IMG/VR virus record: IMGVR_UViG_3300022917_000014 | Span: 1 to 48,194 of that record | Length of the DNA: 48,194 nucleotides | Direction: 5' to 3' (one strand) | From: a virus | Taxonomy: Duplodnaviria; Caudoviricetes | Shown: one piece after another, positions 35,330 to 44,293 of the stretch | Position numbering within the stretch: position 1 is the stretch's first letter | Layout: every line of letters starts with the position of its first letter | The notes under the pieces: generated by a model | Database searches by the model: none | Seen by the model: the letters and a program-made list of their open reading frames with translations, nothing else | What the model was told of the DNA's origin: nothing | Position numbers and translations under genes: made by a program

Positions 35330-35362
35330 AAAAAGGGCCGGGAGTATGTCAGCCCCCGACCC
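35330..35362 (-). terminator. Intrinsic terminator ending the late/lysis transcript
   Basis: GGGTCGGGGG...CTCCCGGCCC-TTTT. Confidence 0.7.
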
Positions 35363-35411
35363 GTACCATGAAAAACATCAACAATTAAAGTCAAAGCGTG
35401 TGTAATATACG

Positions 35412-35831
35412 CTATAACAATGATATGGTTTTCAGCCACGCCCGTACATCAAAAGACGGGCATTCTTTGGTCACTCCCGGAAAATCCCGATGCCCCAATA
35501 TGTCCGCCGTTGGGAATTGTTTGTGATACTTGCGCAGTAGGCCGATCTGAGCCGCCACCTGTTGGGGTGTCCGGTTATCCAGTCCCCGGCCCTTGCCATC
35601 CACTCCGCCGATGTAGCTAATATTGATACTATCATGGTTATGGCCGGCCACGCCGTTGCTAACCTGGTCAATAGGTAGCAGGTCCACTACGGTGCCATCG
35701 GGCTGTATTATGTGGTGGTAGCCTGGCGATTTCCATTTTAGCACCTCACGCCAATACCTTTGAATACTGGCCACTGTAGCCGTCTGTGGGGTCGCTGTGC
35801 AATGCAAAATGATGTGATTGATCGTACGCAT
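35412..35831 (-). CDS. Endolysin, N-acetylmuramoyl-L-alanine amidase (Amidase_2)
   Basis: IILHCTAT, GYH.II..DG, GHN..SI.ISYIGG and GHRD...KECPSFDV. Confidence 0.93.
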   Translation of the reverse strand: MRTINHIILHCTATPQTATVASIQRYWREVLKWKSPGYHHIIQPDGTVVDLLPIDQVSNGVAGHNHDSINISYIGGVDGKGRGLDNRTPQQVAAQIGLLRKYHKQFPTADILGHRDFPGVTKECPSFDVRAWLKTISLL

Positions 35832-35844
35832 AACGGTATGCTTT

Positions 35845-35946
35845 TTAGTATGAAAAGATGTGGATAACCAGCTTTATAATGCTGGCCCAAAACAGGATAG
35901 AAAAAAGGATGATAAGGGCCCAAACGGGTAGTCTTTGGTCACGCAT
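35845..35946 (-). CDS. 33-aa single-transmembrane peptide
   Basis: MRDQRLPVWALIILFSILFWASIIKLVIHIFSY fills the gap between the spanin-like gene and the endolysin; below the ORF-track cutoff. Confidence 0.55.
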   Translation of the reverse strand: MRDQRLPVWALIILFSILFWASIIKLVIHIFSY

Positions 35947-35958
35947 ATAACAGTTTTT

Positions 35959-36696
35959 TTACTTCCGTAATCTGTCATAGGCAACAATCGAAACGACGGC
36001 GAACGCGACCGGCTTACCCCATCGGTGCCACCACGTCACGCGGTCCTTAACCACCAGGCTGGTGATGCCGGTAGTAGTGAATGCGGGGTTTTCATTGATG
36101 GCCTGTACAGCCGTCTGGCGCTTCCAGTTCAGAAAGCCGGACGATAGGGTCACCGTCCGCAGGTGCAGCTTGTTCGTGATCTTCATACTGTCCACTCGCA
36201 CGCCCGCGCGTACGACCACGCCCGCGAAGCTCATCGTACTGTCCACGTACTTAAACGGTCGGGGTATCCTGATCAGGTTGGTGTCTGCCGGCTGTGGCGG
36301 TATGTCTCCGACATGCGTGTCGGTGACATGCGGCGTATCGGTCCAGGTGGCCAGCTTGTCCTTGTAGGTCACCTGTTGCGCAATACGGGCATATCGTTGC
36401 ACCTCCTTTACTCGGCGCTGGTCTGCCTTCTTAAGGTCAAAAATCGTGTCTGTGAGGCTTTTTAGCTGCTTACTGTTTTCGACCTGGTGTTCATCGTTCT
36501 GTGCGATTAGCTGGCCGTTCTGTCCCTGCAGGGTCACGGTCTGCTTTTCCAGGCTATCGACTACGCCCTGCAGGTTACCCGCAATGGCGTCTTTGTGGCA
36601 GCCGTTCCATAGTGAAAAGATTAGCCAGGCGGCTAAAAAAGGTAACGCCCAGCGGGATGCCTGGGCGTACAGTGTTTTTAAATTGAGTGCTTTCAT
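35959..36696 (-). CDS. Putative spanin (possibly unimolecular)
   Basis: N-terminal hydrophobic segment ending LWNGC, coiled-coil plus beta region, C-terminal TM helix; lysis cassette context. Confidence 0.55.
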   Translation of the reverse strand: MKALNLKTLYAQASRWALPFLAAWLIFSLWNGCHKDAIAGNLQGVVDSLEKQTVTLQGQNGQLIAQNDEHQVENSKQLKSLTDTIFDLKKADQRRVKEVQRYARIAQQVTYKDKLATWTDTPHVTDTHVGDIPPQPADTNLIRIPRPFKYVDSTMSFAGVVVRAGVRVDSMKITNKLHLRTVTLSSGFLNWKRQTAVQAINENPAFTTTGITSLVVKDRVTWWHRWGKPVAFAVVSIVAYDRLRK

Positions 36697-36716
36697 GTTT
36701 TGCCATTTTCCCAAAT

Positions 36717-36968
36717 CTACGGGTTTGGTGGGTCTTTCGGAAATATCTGGCTTTGGTCCTGATCACTCTTATCCTTGCTGGCGCCGAAGTAATAACCGGC
36801 CACCACGCCCAGGATGGCAAGGACGAACCCCTGCGCCTGGCTGACGATTTCCTTATTCTCAGTAGGTATTTTATGAACCGCCACCAGAAACAGGAAACCG
36901 AAGCAACCCACCACGATTACATAAGCCAACATGCCCCGCGTGTACTTAAATAGAGTGCTTACTTTCAT
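36717..36968 (-). CDS. Holin
   Basis: 83 aa, two TM helices, GYYFGAS motif and charged tail. Confidence 0.7.
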   Translation of the reverse strand: MKVSTLFKYTRGMLAYVIVVGCFGFLFLVAVHKIPTENKEIVSQAQGFVLAILGVVAGYYFGASKDKSDQDQSQIFPKDPPNP

Positions 36969-36972
36969 GCTG

Positions 36973-37350
36973 TTATGTTTTAAATATGGCCTTTAATACC
37001 ATCCCTAAAATGCTCATAGCAACGGCTCCGCAACATAGCCAAATAACATTTAAGTGCCACCGGCTTTTGGCTGCATCATCCTTTAGCTGTTGTATTTCGT
37101 GCTTTATTTCCTCCCGAAATTCGTGGAAGTCGTCTTCTTTGAAATCCTTAAAACTCGTTTCCATCCGCTCAATGCGACCTACCAGGCCCCCGTCTTTGCC
37201 TATATCGCTACCCAATAACGCACGTAAACAGTCAGTCATTTGCCCGCCTATCGTGCCCATTTGCACCTTAATATCCTTAATATCACCCTTCATAGTAGTA
37301 AACTCCTGTTTTTCTTCGGGTGTCATAGTTACCTCTTTTGATTGGTTCAT
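36973..37350 (-). CDS. Coiled-coil protein with C-terminal TM helix (lysis-associated)
   Basis: GLVGRIERME coiled coil followed by a TM helix. Confidence 0.55.
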   Translation of the reverse strand: MNQSKEVTMTPEEKQEFTTMKGDIKDIKVQMGTIGGQMTDCLRALLGSDIGKDGGLVGRIERMETSFKDFKEDDFHEFREEIKHEIQQLKDDAAKSRWHLNVIWLCCGAVAMSILGMVLKAIFKT

Positions 37351-37423
37351 AGCTAATTAAAGGCCAGGTTTGTGGGTTCGGTAATGGTTTTTTTGATCAG
37401 GGATAAGATTTAATAGTTAATGG

Positions 37424-38308
37424 TTAGAAGGTCAGGCCGGTGATCACGGGTGCCACCAGGTCCGCTACTTTCTGGTAGCCGGCATCTTTCAAATGAACAT
37501 GATCGGCATTAAAGTACGTCGTGTTGTAGGTGGTGAATGCCGCGTCTGCAGCCAGATCGACAAAGCCATCGGCAAAGGTCGCCCAGTTTGCAGCCAGCCA
37601 GGAATTGAGGGCCAGCCGCTTCGTGTTGTAAGCTGCATCACTATCCCCTGCAGGGCTTACTCCGCCGTTCGTGACGCTGTGATCACGCGCCGGCAGGTTA
37701 CACACCACCACTTTCCAGCCTACCGCCTGCCTGGCTGCGCAATAGGATTGGAAACGGGTTTCGGCGCCGCTCACGTTGCCGTTAAAATACAGGTCGTTGC
37801 CCATTTCCCACGCTACCAGCACAGAATGCACTGTAGCATTATAAAGCGGGTCAATGTCGGTAGTGGCGTCGTCAATCATCTGCTGCGTTGTCTGGCCGCC
37901 TACCCCCTTATTTGTCACTGTGGTACCCTGGCTGGCAAACGGTTCTTTAACTGCCAGCCGACTGGGGTATGATGCCGCTGGTGAGCTTGCCAGGTATCCC
38001 TCAGTCAGGCTATTGCCATCGGCTACAATCACCGCGTCCGTAAAGTCTGGAACATCGATAATTGTAATGGGCGGAACTAAGTAATCGGTCAGGTCCATAT
38101 CCTGTTTAGCAACGATGTAGTAACCTTTATCAACCGTGAACCCGGTCACGCCATTTATGGCCCTGCCTGGTACGTAGCTTTTCAGTTCCGCGCCATCGAC
38201 TTGAAAAATTATTGATGTGTTGATTGCCGTAATTCCGGCGGCGATGAATGTAGCAGCAACACTACATACCACCACCGTCGGACTGGCAGCAAAAACATTA
38301 TTCGCCAT
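37424..38308 (-). CDS. SGNH/GDSL hydrolase with N-terminal shared anchor domain
   Basis: Blocks GNSLT (I), GVGG (II), GND (III) and DHVH (V). Confidence 0.85.
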   Translation of the reverse strand: MANNVFAASPTVVVCSVAATFIAAGITAINTSIIFQVDGAELKSYVPGRAINGVTGFTVDKGYYIVAKQDMDLTDYLVPPITIIDVPDFTDAVIVADGNSLTEGYLASSPAASYPSRLAVKEPFASQGTTVTNKGVGGQTTQQMIDDATTDIDPLYNATVHSVLVAWEMGNDLYFNGNVSGAETRFQSYCAARQAVGWKVVVCNLPARDHSVTNGGVSPAGDSDAAYNTKRLALNSWLAANWATFADGFVDLAADAAFTTYNTTYFNADHVHLKDAGYQKVADLVAPVITGLTF

Positions 38309-38309
38309 G

Positions 38310-39380
38310 TTATGCAGTTACAAGGTTATAGCCTTTGGGTTCGTACAGCTTATTGGCCCCTGAATTTCCGTCTATGTTGATATTTATAAACAGGTCTGCA
38401 GTGCTGCTAAAGGTGAACGTCAGCACATCGGTCCAGGTTGGTAAACTGGAAGATTTTTGAAGTTTTAGAACGCTTCCTGTGCGTATAATCCGCCAATAAT
38501 CACCGGTAGCCAACACTGTGCCACTGTTGGTTGCATTTCCATTGTTGTCAATGTAATACAATGCGCCAGAATTGAGAAACGCGGCCGCTTCGTAATTAAT
38601 AGGTCCTGAACCGGGTGTATCTTGATACTTCTGGTTGACCTGCGACGTGTTGAAAGCGATAACTGCGGCTGTACAATCGGTAGCGGTGTTCCTTGTTTGG
38701 ATATATCCATCAGTCCCCGCAGCCAGCTTTTTGCCACAAAGTCCATAGCCATCATAAAAACCTGCTCCACTCGTTGCATTCCATGTAGTACCTGTATTTG
38801 CAAGATTTACCTGCGTTGGAAACGTCAGGTCTTCCAGTATCGCGCCTACGGCCGAAGTGGTTGCATTGGCTGTGCTGTATGTGCTATCTACATAACCTGC
38901 AGCAGTAGCACGAAGGCGGTAAAAATACTGAGTAGATGCTGTCAGACCGGTATTGTTGTAAGACGTACCGGACCCGCTATATATACCCAGGGTCACACCT
39001 GTGGTAAAGCCTACGTTTGTTGCCCTGTCCACCACGTAGTTGGTCGAATTGGGTGAGGCATTCCATGACAGGTTGATTTGTGTCGAACTGGCCGGCGTTG
39101 CGGTGAAGCTGCCCGGTGCTGCCAGTTGGGATACACCAGTCACCGGTGGCACTACCATGCTTTCCAGGTCCATATCCTGTTTAGCCACCATGTAATAGCC
39201 CTTATTGGCTACAAAGCCGGAAATACCATTGATTGCGCGACCCGGTACAAATGATTTGAGGTCTACCCCATCCACCAGGAATACTATTTCCGTGTTGGTG
39301 CCATTGATACCAGCGTCGACGAATGAAATAGTTGTTTTGGCTACAATCGCATTGAAGCCATTTTTTATATTGTTTGCCAT
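38310..39380 (-). CDS. Fibronectin-III-containing virion accessory protein with N-terminal shared anchor domain
   Basis: APGSFTAT..SSTQINLSW...Y...GLTASTQYFYRLRA FN3 repeat; beta-sandwich-like C-terminus. Confidence 0.75.
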   Translation of the reverse strand: MANNIKNGFNAIVAKTTISFVDAGINGTNTEIVFLVDGVDLKSFVPGRAINGISGFVANKGYYMVAKQDMDLESMVVPPVTGVSQLAAPGSFTATPASSTQINLSWNASPNSTNYVVDRATNVGFTTGVTLGIYSGSGTSYNNTGLTASTQYFYRLRATAAGYVDSTYSTANATTSAVGAILEDLTFPTQVNLANTGTTWNATSGAGFYDGYGLCGKKLAAGTDGYIQTRNTATDCTAAVIAFNTSQVNQKYQDTPGSGPINYEAAAFLNSGALYYIDNNGNATNSGTVLATGDYWRIIRTGSVLKLQKSSSLPTWTDVLTFTFSSTADLFININIDGNSGANKLYEPKGYNLVTA

Positions 39381-39396
39381 TGACGTGCTGATTTAA

Positions 39397-39425
39397 GAAA
39401 GGGGGCCGCAAAGCCCCCTGTTTTT
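39397..39425. terminator. Intrinsic terminator after the tail tube gene
   Basis: AGGGGGC...GCCCCCT hairpin with T-rich tails on both strands. Confidence 0.7.
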
Positions 39426-39440
39426 GTAGTAATGTTGCGC

Positions 39441-40295
39441 TTAGAAAGACAGCGTACCAGTCTGGAAGACCGCCGGCCCGTGTTCCACTCCTGCCTTGTC
39501 CGTGTACAGGAAGTAGGTGCCCAGGTAATCGGTCGTAAAGTCGATGGTGGTTTCCTCTACGCCGCCCACTTCAATGGACATACTCGCGGGCGTACCCACG
39601 CGCGGGGAGATCGCGTTGAACTCAAATTTTTGGTCGGCATCCGTTGCCAGCACAGTCATGGTAATGCCCTGGTCTGTGTCAGTTGTAGAAGCTCCGACGG
39701 TCAATTCTGTGTCAAAAGTCGTAGGGGTTACACCGCTGCTGCCATCGTAAATCGGTGAAATAGCACGCTCAGGGTGGAACTTTGAACGCCAGGACAATAC
39801 GCCGTTGATCGTCTCAATCTCATCCCGGCCCCGGTTCAACACATCGTTGGCATCTACCCGGCTGGTAAAGCCTTCGTTACCCCCGAACATGTAACCGCCT
39901 TCGGTCTCATACCAGAAACGGTATTCGCCACCGCATTCCAGTGCCCTCATAAATTCGTAGTTCTCATCCGTCACATCGTCAATGGTCCAGTTAAGTGTGT
40001 GGTCCTTGCCGATGGTGACCCGGCGGCCGTTGCTCACTTCCTTTACCACCGATGTGGCTGCCGGCTTGTCTCCGATCACCGTAAGGGCGCGAATGTAATC
40101 ATTGCCGACAACGTTCGTTTCGCTCATACGGGCAATCCATTCGCCTGCAGCCTTCCAGTTGGCGAACGGGGCGGCGTTCAGCTTTGCGATGAATATGCGC
40201 CGTATTTCACTGAAAACTACGTTGGGTGCGCAGCGGTTGAACTTAACCACCGGCAGCGTAGCATTGCAGTCTAAAGTACATGTAGGTACTGGCAT
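39441..40295 (-). CDS. Putative major tail (tube) protein with C-terminal extension
   Basis: Beta-rich ~185 aa core plus extra domain; own promoter and terminator; shares a 16-nt leader element with MCP. Confidence 0.6.
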   Translation of the reverse strand: MPVPTCTLDCNATLPVVKFNRCAPNVVFSEIRRIFIAKLNAAPFANWKAAGEWIARMSETNVVGNDYIRALTVIGDKPAATSVVKEVSNGRRVTIGKDHTLNWTIDDVTDENYEFMRALECGGEYRFWYETEGGYMFGGNEGFTSRVDANDVLNRGRDEIETINGVLSWRSKFHPERAISPIYDGSSGVTPTTFDTELTVGASTTDTDQGITMTVLATDADQKFEFNAISPRVGTPASMSIEVGGVEETTIDFTTDYLGTYFLYTDKAGVEHGPAVFQTGTLSF

Positions 40296-40353
40296 AGCTT
40301 GAAATTTTTAATGGGTTAGTAAATCTGTACCAAATATATAATTTTTGGCCTCG

Positions 40354-41232
40354 TCAGTCAAAAATCATGTTGTCCGCGCAGCCCTTCTTTACCATTGCCA
40401 TGTCTTCCTGAAATAGCATATCGACCACAGAAAGGGCCCCGTTTGCTTCCAGGGTGCTGGCTACTTCAATCCTTTCAATCTCCCCGGACCGGACCCCCCA
40501 CTTAGTCGTCAGCAGCACATGATCGTGCATTTCCAGCAGCATCAGGGCGCGCTTAAGGAAGTCAGGAACAACGACGGTAATACGGTATGCAATGAGTGCC
40601 TTTTGAAACGTTTCAATTACTGTGTCTTCCCCGTCCCGGGTCCCGTCCTCGGTGATCTGCGGTTCGCTGTTGGTCACGAAACTGTCAAGGTATATCACGT
40701 TGCGAAAATCCGGCACGGTTGCACCTGCAGGGACATTATTATAAAAAATGGGGCGTAAATCGCCATCGTTCCACCATTCCAGCCGCAGGAAATTGATATT
40801 GTCGTCGTCGGCCACATTAAAGCCATAATTGTGAAGATCGGGCACGAAAAACATTTCCGAAAAGTACATCTCCCCGTTAGGGAATACCAGGCGGGAATAG
40901 TAAAACCCCTGTGGCAGGTTCAATAGGCCAGTGGTCGCGTTCAGCCTGTCGCCCTTGTAGTAATAATACTCCTTACCCTCTATTTTCTTACGCGTGATCA
41001 TTGGAATACTGGGCGATATATTGGCCACCTGCTGGTCACTGTCGGCGTTGAATATCTCCCATAGGTTCGGGAGGAAGTCGGCCGCCGGCTTCCAGAACTC
41101 AAACCGCAGCAGGGCATCCACCGGGGTTATCAGTTTATAGCTGCATATCGCCTCTGCGTTCTCATTGTACCGGCTTTGCTGGCGCTTGTCAGGATACCAG
41201 GGGAAGGCGACGGGAAGTTCGGTAAATAGCAT
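40354..41232 (-). CDS. Putative tail tip / distal tail protein
   Basis: 292 aa; synteny only. Confidence 0.45.
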   Translation of the reverse strand: MLFTELPVAFPWYPDKRQQSRYNENAEAICSYKLITPVDALLRFEFWKPAADFLPNLWEIFNADSDQQVANISPSIPMITRKKIEGKEYYYYKGDRLNATTGLLNLPQGFYYSRLVFPNGEMYFSEMFFVPDLHNYGFNVADDDNINFLRLEWWNDGDLRPIFYNNVPAGATVPDFRNVIYLDSFVTNSEPQITEDGTRDGEDTVIETFQKALIAYRITVVVPDFLKRALMLLEMHDHVLLTTKWGVRSGEIERIEVASTLEANGALSVVDMLFQEDMAMVKKGCADNMIFD

Positions 41233-41242
41233 CTTTGTCGTT

Positions 41243-44200
41243 TTAAATTATGGTATAATCACCTGGGCGTAAACTAATTGATTCATTGGTATACAGCACA
41301 GCGTCGAAAGCACAATTGTACTCTAAATAGTAGTAATTGTAATCGCTGTCCCCAAACAGAGGGTATTCTGTGCCGCTCACGTCCTCGAAAAAGTCGTTTG
41401 TATAACTGCCTGGTGTGCTATAGTAGGTGCCCACAATACGCAGGTTAACCCGCAGACCCAGGCCGTTGACATTCATCGGGATGGTTCCGGCTGAATTGCT
41501 GTAAAAGAACAGTTTGAACTTACCGCGCTGATAATCGCCGCCGTCCATTGTCACCGGTGGCTCACCGCACATTTGCGTCAGTCCGCCCGATTCGCTGGTC
41601 ACCTGCTGCAGGCGCACGAATATCTCGGGGAGTACCTGAATATGGGCCGTAGCCTGGTCAAAGCCGCTACCGTTCACAGCGGTATAAATGAACGTATCGG
41701 GGCCGGTGTATCCAGTTGGGGGCGTGTATGTAAAGCCTCCGGTTGATCCAATTGTCACGCTTCCACCTGCAGCAGTGGGCACCGTCTGCGGCAATGTACC
41801 CAATACGCCCACGCCTGTGGTATCGTTTGATAACAAGCCTGGTGCCGCAATTATTAGGTTCGTATTGCGCCTGGTGCTGTAAAAGTCATCATTTGCCACG
41901 GGGTTGTTGGGGTCCCGTACATCGATGGTCACAGTAGCCGTATCGGTCAGGCCCATGCCGTCAATGATCGTATAGGTGAAAGTATCCGTACCTACATATC
42001 CCGCCGGCGGCGTATAGCTGAATGAGCCGTCAGGGTTTACAGCAACCACGCCACCCTCTGCACTGGCTGCGTCGAAGCTGTCAAGGCTAAAACTAACATC
42101 GTCGTGATCGTTCACAAAAAGGCCGGATACTGTTGGTACATTCATCACGGTGTCCTTTTGTGCGATGTAGCTATCGTCTACTGCCACCGGGCCCACGTTC
42201 GGCGGTCTCACCTCTATTGCCACCAGGGCGTTGTTGCTCGGCTCGTTCCAGTCGTCGTATATCCGGTACACGAAATAGTCGTCGCCCACATAGCCAGGTA
42301 GCGGGGTATATTTCACGGTCTTGTCCGGCTGAATGACTGCAGTCCCGTGGCCCGGGTTCAGCAGTATTTGTACCGAAGTAATCACCGCACCAGGGTCCGG
42401 GTCGCTGTCATTGGCCAGTATGTTGATGGTCACCGGTAAGTCCTGGTAAGTGCTGGCCGTATCGTTCACAGCCACGGGTGCCGTGTTGTTGGTTAGGTTC
42501 TGGTCTGAAGGGTAAAGCAGTTCAAGTTCCAGCGTCTCGTTTTTAAAGGAAAAAGTGGCCTTATCCACGATGCCAGTACCCAGTACCGTTTTGATCGTAT
42601 TGTCAGGGTTGAATACATCGCCGCAGCATAGGGGTATGGTAACTTTTTTACCTTTTTTGGTCGGCTTCGTGCTGTAAAAGTCTGTATTGACCCCGTTCAT
42701 ATTACCCTTTGACAACGACCTGTCCCACTTATGGTAGTCACGGTGCAGTTGCGCCCAGGCAAGGCTATTATTCAACGTGCTGCCTCCCAAAATTGAAGCC
42801 TCCGAAATTATGTAGTAGTTGCTGCCATCGTAGTCCGCAGCAATCAGCACAAACCCGTCGTCGGTTACCACGTTGCTATCCGGGTCCGGGTTGGATAGTA
42901 CCAGTTCCACATCGGTCGTCACTTTATCGACCGCATGATTTTTTACATTGTTCCGGCTGGCGCCTGAAACACACCCGCCTGAATAGATGATCGGCACACC
43001 CTGAAAATCACCGTACCCCGCTTCCATAAACTTATATTCCTCGCGCGCGGGTATGTCGTCAGTGTCGTAGGTGTATTGCCGCATAGCTTTTGTAAACTTA
43101 TTCCAACGCGGTTGCGTGAGGTCAAAGCCGGCATTTCGGGTGAAAAAGCTCACATGCTCCATACGGATCGTCACCCCTTCCACGCGCCACCGTACATTGA
43201 AGGTTTCGACCAGCATTTCCATTAACTTCTCAAAGGACAGGTTTGCCTTGCTGGCATTGCCGGTAGCAGTGGGGCGCTTTACATCTGACTTTTGGTAAAG
43301 GGTCAGAAACCGGGTCTTAGATCGCTGGCCAGTCACGTAGTTTACGGCACTCGGCACGTCGGGGTTGATCTGAAAAAAATCACTCACGAATATAAACCCC
43401 GGGCAGAAATTGCTTACAAACAGGGAAATAACGCTTTCAAGGCTTAGGCCGTTGTCAATCAATATATTACTGGCAGCATCGCCTACAATGAAGCATGTGT
43501 ATTCTGTGGTCTGTATAGTTTCGTTATAATCAGGATATGAGTACCTGCACCCGTACGTACGCGCGGGTCTTGCATACTTTTGCTGCCCTCCTGGGCATCC
43601 GTCGTCCACCAGTATCCACTCCGGTCCAGGTACAGGATCGCCACAGTTTATTAGTATCGTCTCCCTGGCCCAACTTGTAGACATGAAACAACTATCGAAT
43701 GCGCTGTCTTGTGAATAAACATAGGCGAAATATACCCATCCACCGTCTGTTGGTTCGCCAGCTCCACCCCAATAGATAGTACCGCAGTCGCCAGTGCTTA
43801 GTACGTCTGTATTCTCATACGTTACTTTCTCAATGGTAATATTTGTTGGGTTCAGATAGATGGTTCGGCGTGCGAAAATGTTTTGCAGCAGGTTCAGTTC
43901 CTTGCTTTTATTGTCCTCGTAACACTGTTCCTCTTTTACATCGTCCAGCTTAATAACCACCAGGCACCTGTCCAGGTCCCAATCCCCGTCATTTAGCGAC
44001 ATGCGGCCGGTAAACCACGGCACCCATGAACTCACCCCGCCGGTTGTACACTCCCTTTCCACGGTGATGCTAACGAAGTCGCACCGGTAGATAGATCGTT
44101 CCAGTTTCAGCAGGTTACTGTATGCCTGGCCGGTAAACACTATTTTACTGGGCAGTTCGTTTTTATAGTCCAGCTTGCCCTCGTCCTCGCGGGTCCATTC

Positions 44201-44293
44201 AATTGTGAAATCAGATTCGCCCAGGGGCGCAACTTGTAGCACCCCCAGGCGGTTTATTATCTTGTATCTGTAGCTATTGTGCGGGGCTTTCAT
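41243..44293 (-). CDS. Tail tip/hub protein with three Ig-like (Big_9/cadherin-like) repeats
   Basis: PVA..D...ND...YTP..GY.G.D.F.Y occurs three times; follows the tape measure gene. Confidence 0.75.
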   Translation of the reverse strand: MKAPHNSYRYKIINRLGVLQVAPLGESDFTIEWTREDEGKLDYKNELPSKIVFTGQAYSNLLKLERSIYRCDFVSITVERECTTGGVSSWVPWFTGRMSLNDGDWDLDRCLVVIKLDDVKEEQCYEDNKSKELNLLQNIFARRTIYLNPTNITIEKVTYENTDVLSTGDCGTIYWGGAGEPTDGGWVYFAYVYSQDSAFDSCFMSTSWARETILINCGDPVPGPEWILVDDGCPGGQQKYARPARTYGCRYSYPDYNETIQTTEYTCFIVGDAASNILIDNGLSLESVISLFVSNFCPGFIFVSDFFQINPDVPSAVNYVTGQRSKTRFLTLYQKSDVKRPTATGNASKANLSFEKLMEMLVETFNVRWRVEGVTIRMEHVSFFTRNAGFDLTQPRWNKFTKAMRQYTYDTDDIPAREEYKFMEAGYGDFQGVPIIYSGGCVSGASRNNVKNHAVDKVTTDVELVLSNPDPDSNVVTDDGFVLIAADYDGSNYYIISEASILGGSTLNNSLAWAQLHRDYHKWDRSLSKGNMNGVNTDFYSTKPTKKGKKVTIPLCCGDVFNPDNTIKTVLGTGIVDKATFSFKNETLELELLYPSDQNLTNNTAPVAVNDTASTYQDLPVTINILANDSDPDPGAVITSVQILLNPGHGTAVIQPDKTVKYTPLPGYVGDDYFVYRIYDDWNEPSNNALVAIEVRPPNVGPVAVDDSYIAQKDTVMNVPTVSGLFVNDHDDVSFSLDSFDAASAEGGVVAVNPDGSFSYTPPAGYVGTDTFTYTIIDGMGLTDTATVTIDVRDPNNPVANDDFYSTRRNTNLIIAAPGLLSNDTTGVGVLGTLPQTVPTAAGGSVTIGSTGGFTYTPPTGYTGPDTFIYTAVNGSGFDQATAHIQVLPEIFVRLQQVTSESGGLTQMCGEPPVTMDGGDYQRGKFKLFFYSNSAGTIPMNVNGLGLRVNLRIVGTYYSTPGSYTNDFFEDVSGTEYPLFGDSDYNYYYLEYNCAFDAVLYTNESISLRPGDYTII

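Larger units (their letters stand above)
5181..40338 (-). promoter_or_regulatory. Dispersed set of Bacteroidota -7 promoter boxes TA(C/T)ATTTG (coordinates span the first to last site)
   Basis: CAAATRTA on the + strand at 5181, 6179, 9842, 10247, 19817, 25740, 28288, 30867, 33188, 35264 and 40331. All are intergenic and oriented with the genes, and match the TAnnTTTG consensus. Confidence 0.75.

Noticed and set aside
35368-35388. Plus-strand mini-ORF MKNINN
   Set aside because: It is only six codons with no plus-strand promoter; its start-like look is what an antisense-to-start RNA on the other strand would produce.
37424-44293. Diversity-generating retroelement acting on tail genes
   Set aside because: No reverse transcriptase and no template/variable repeat pair differing at adenines was seen.
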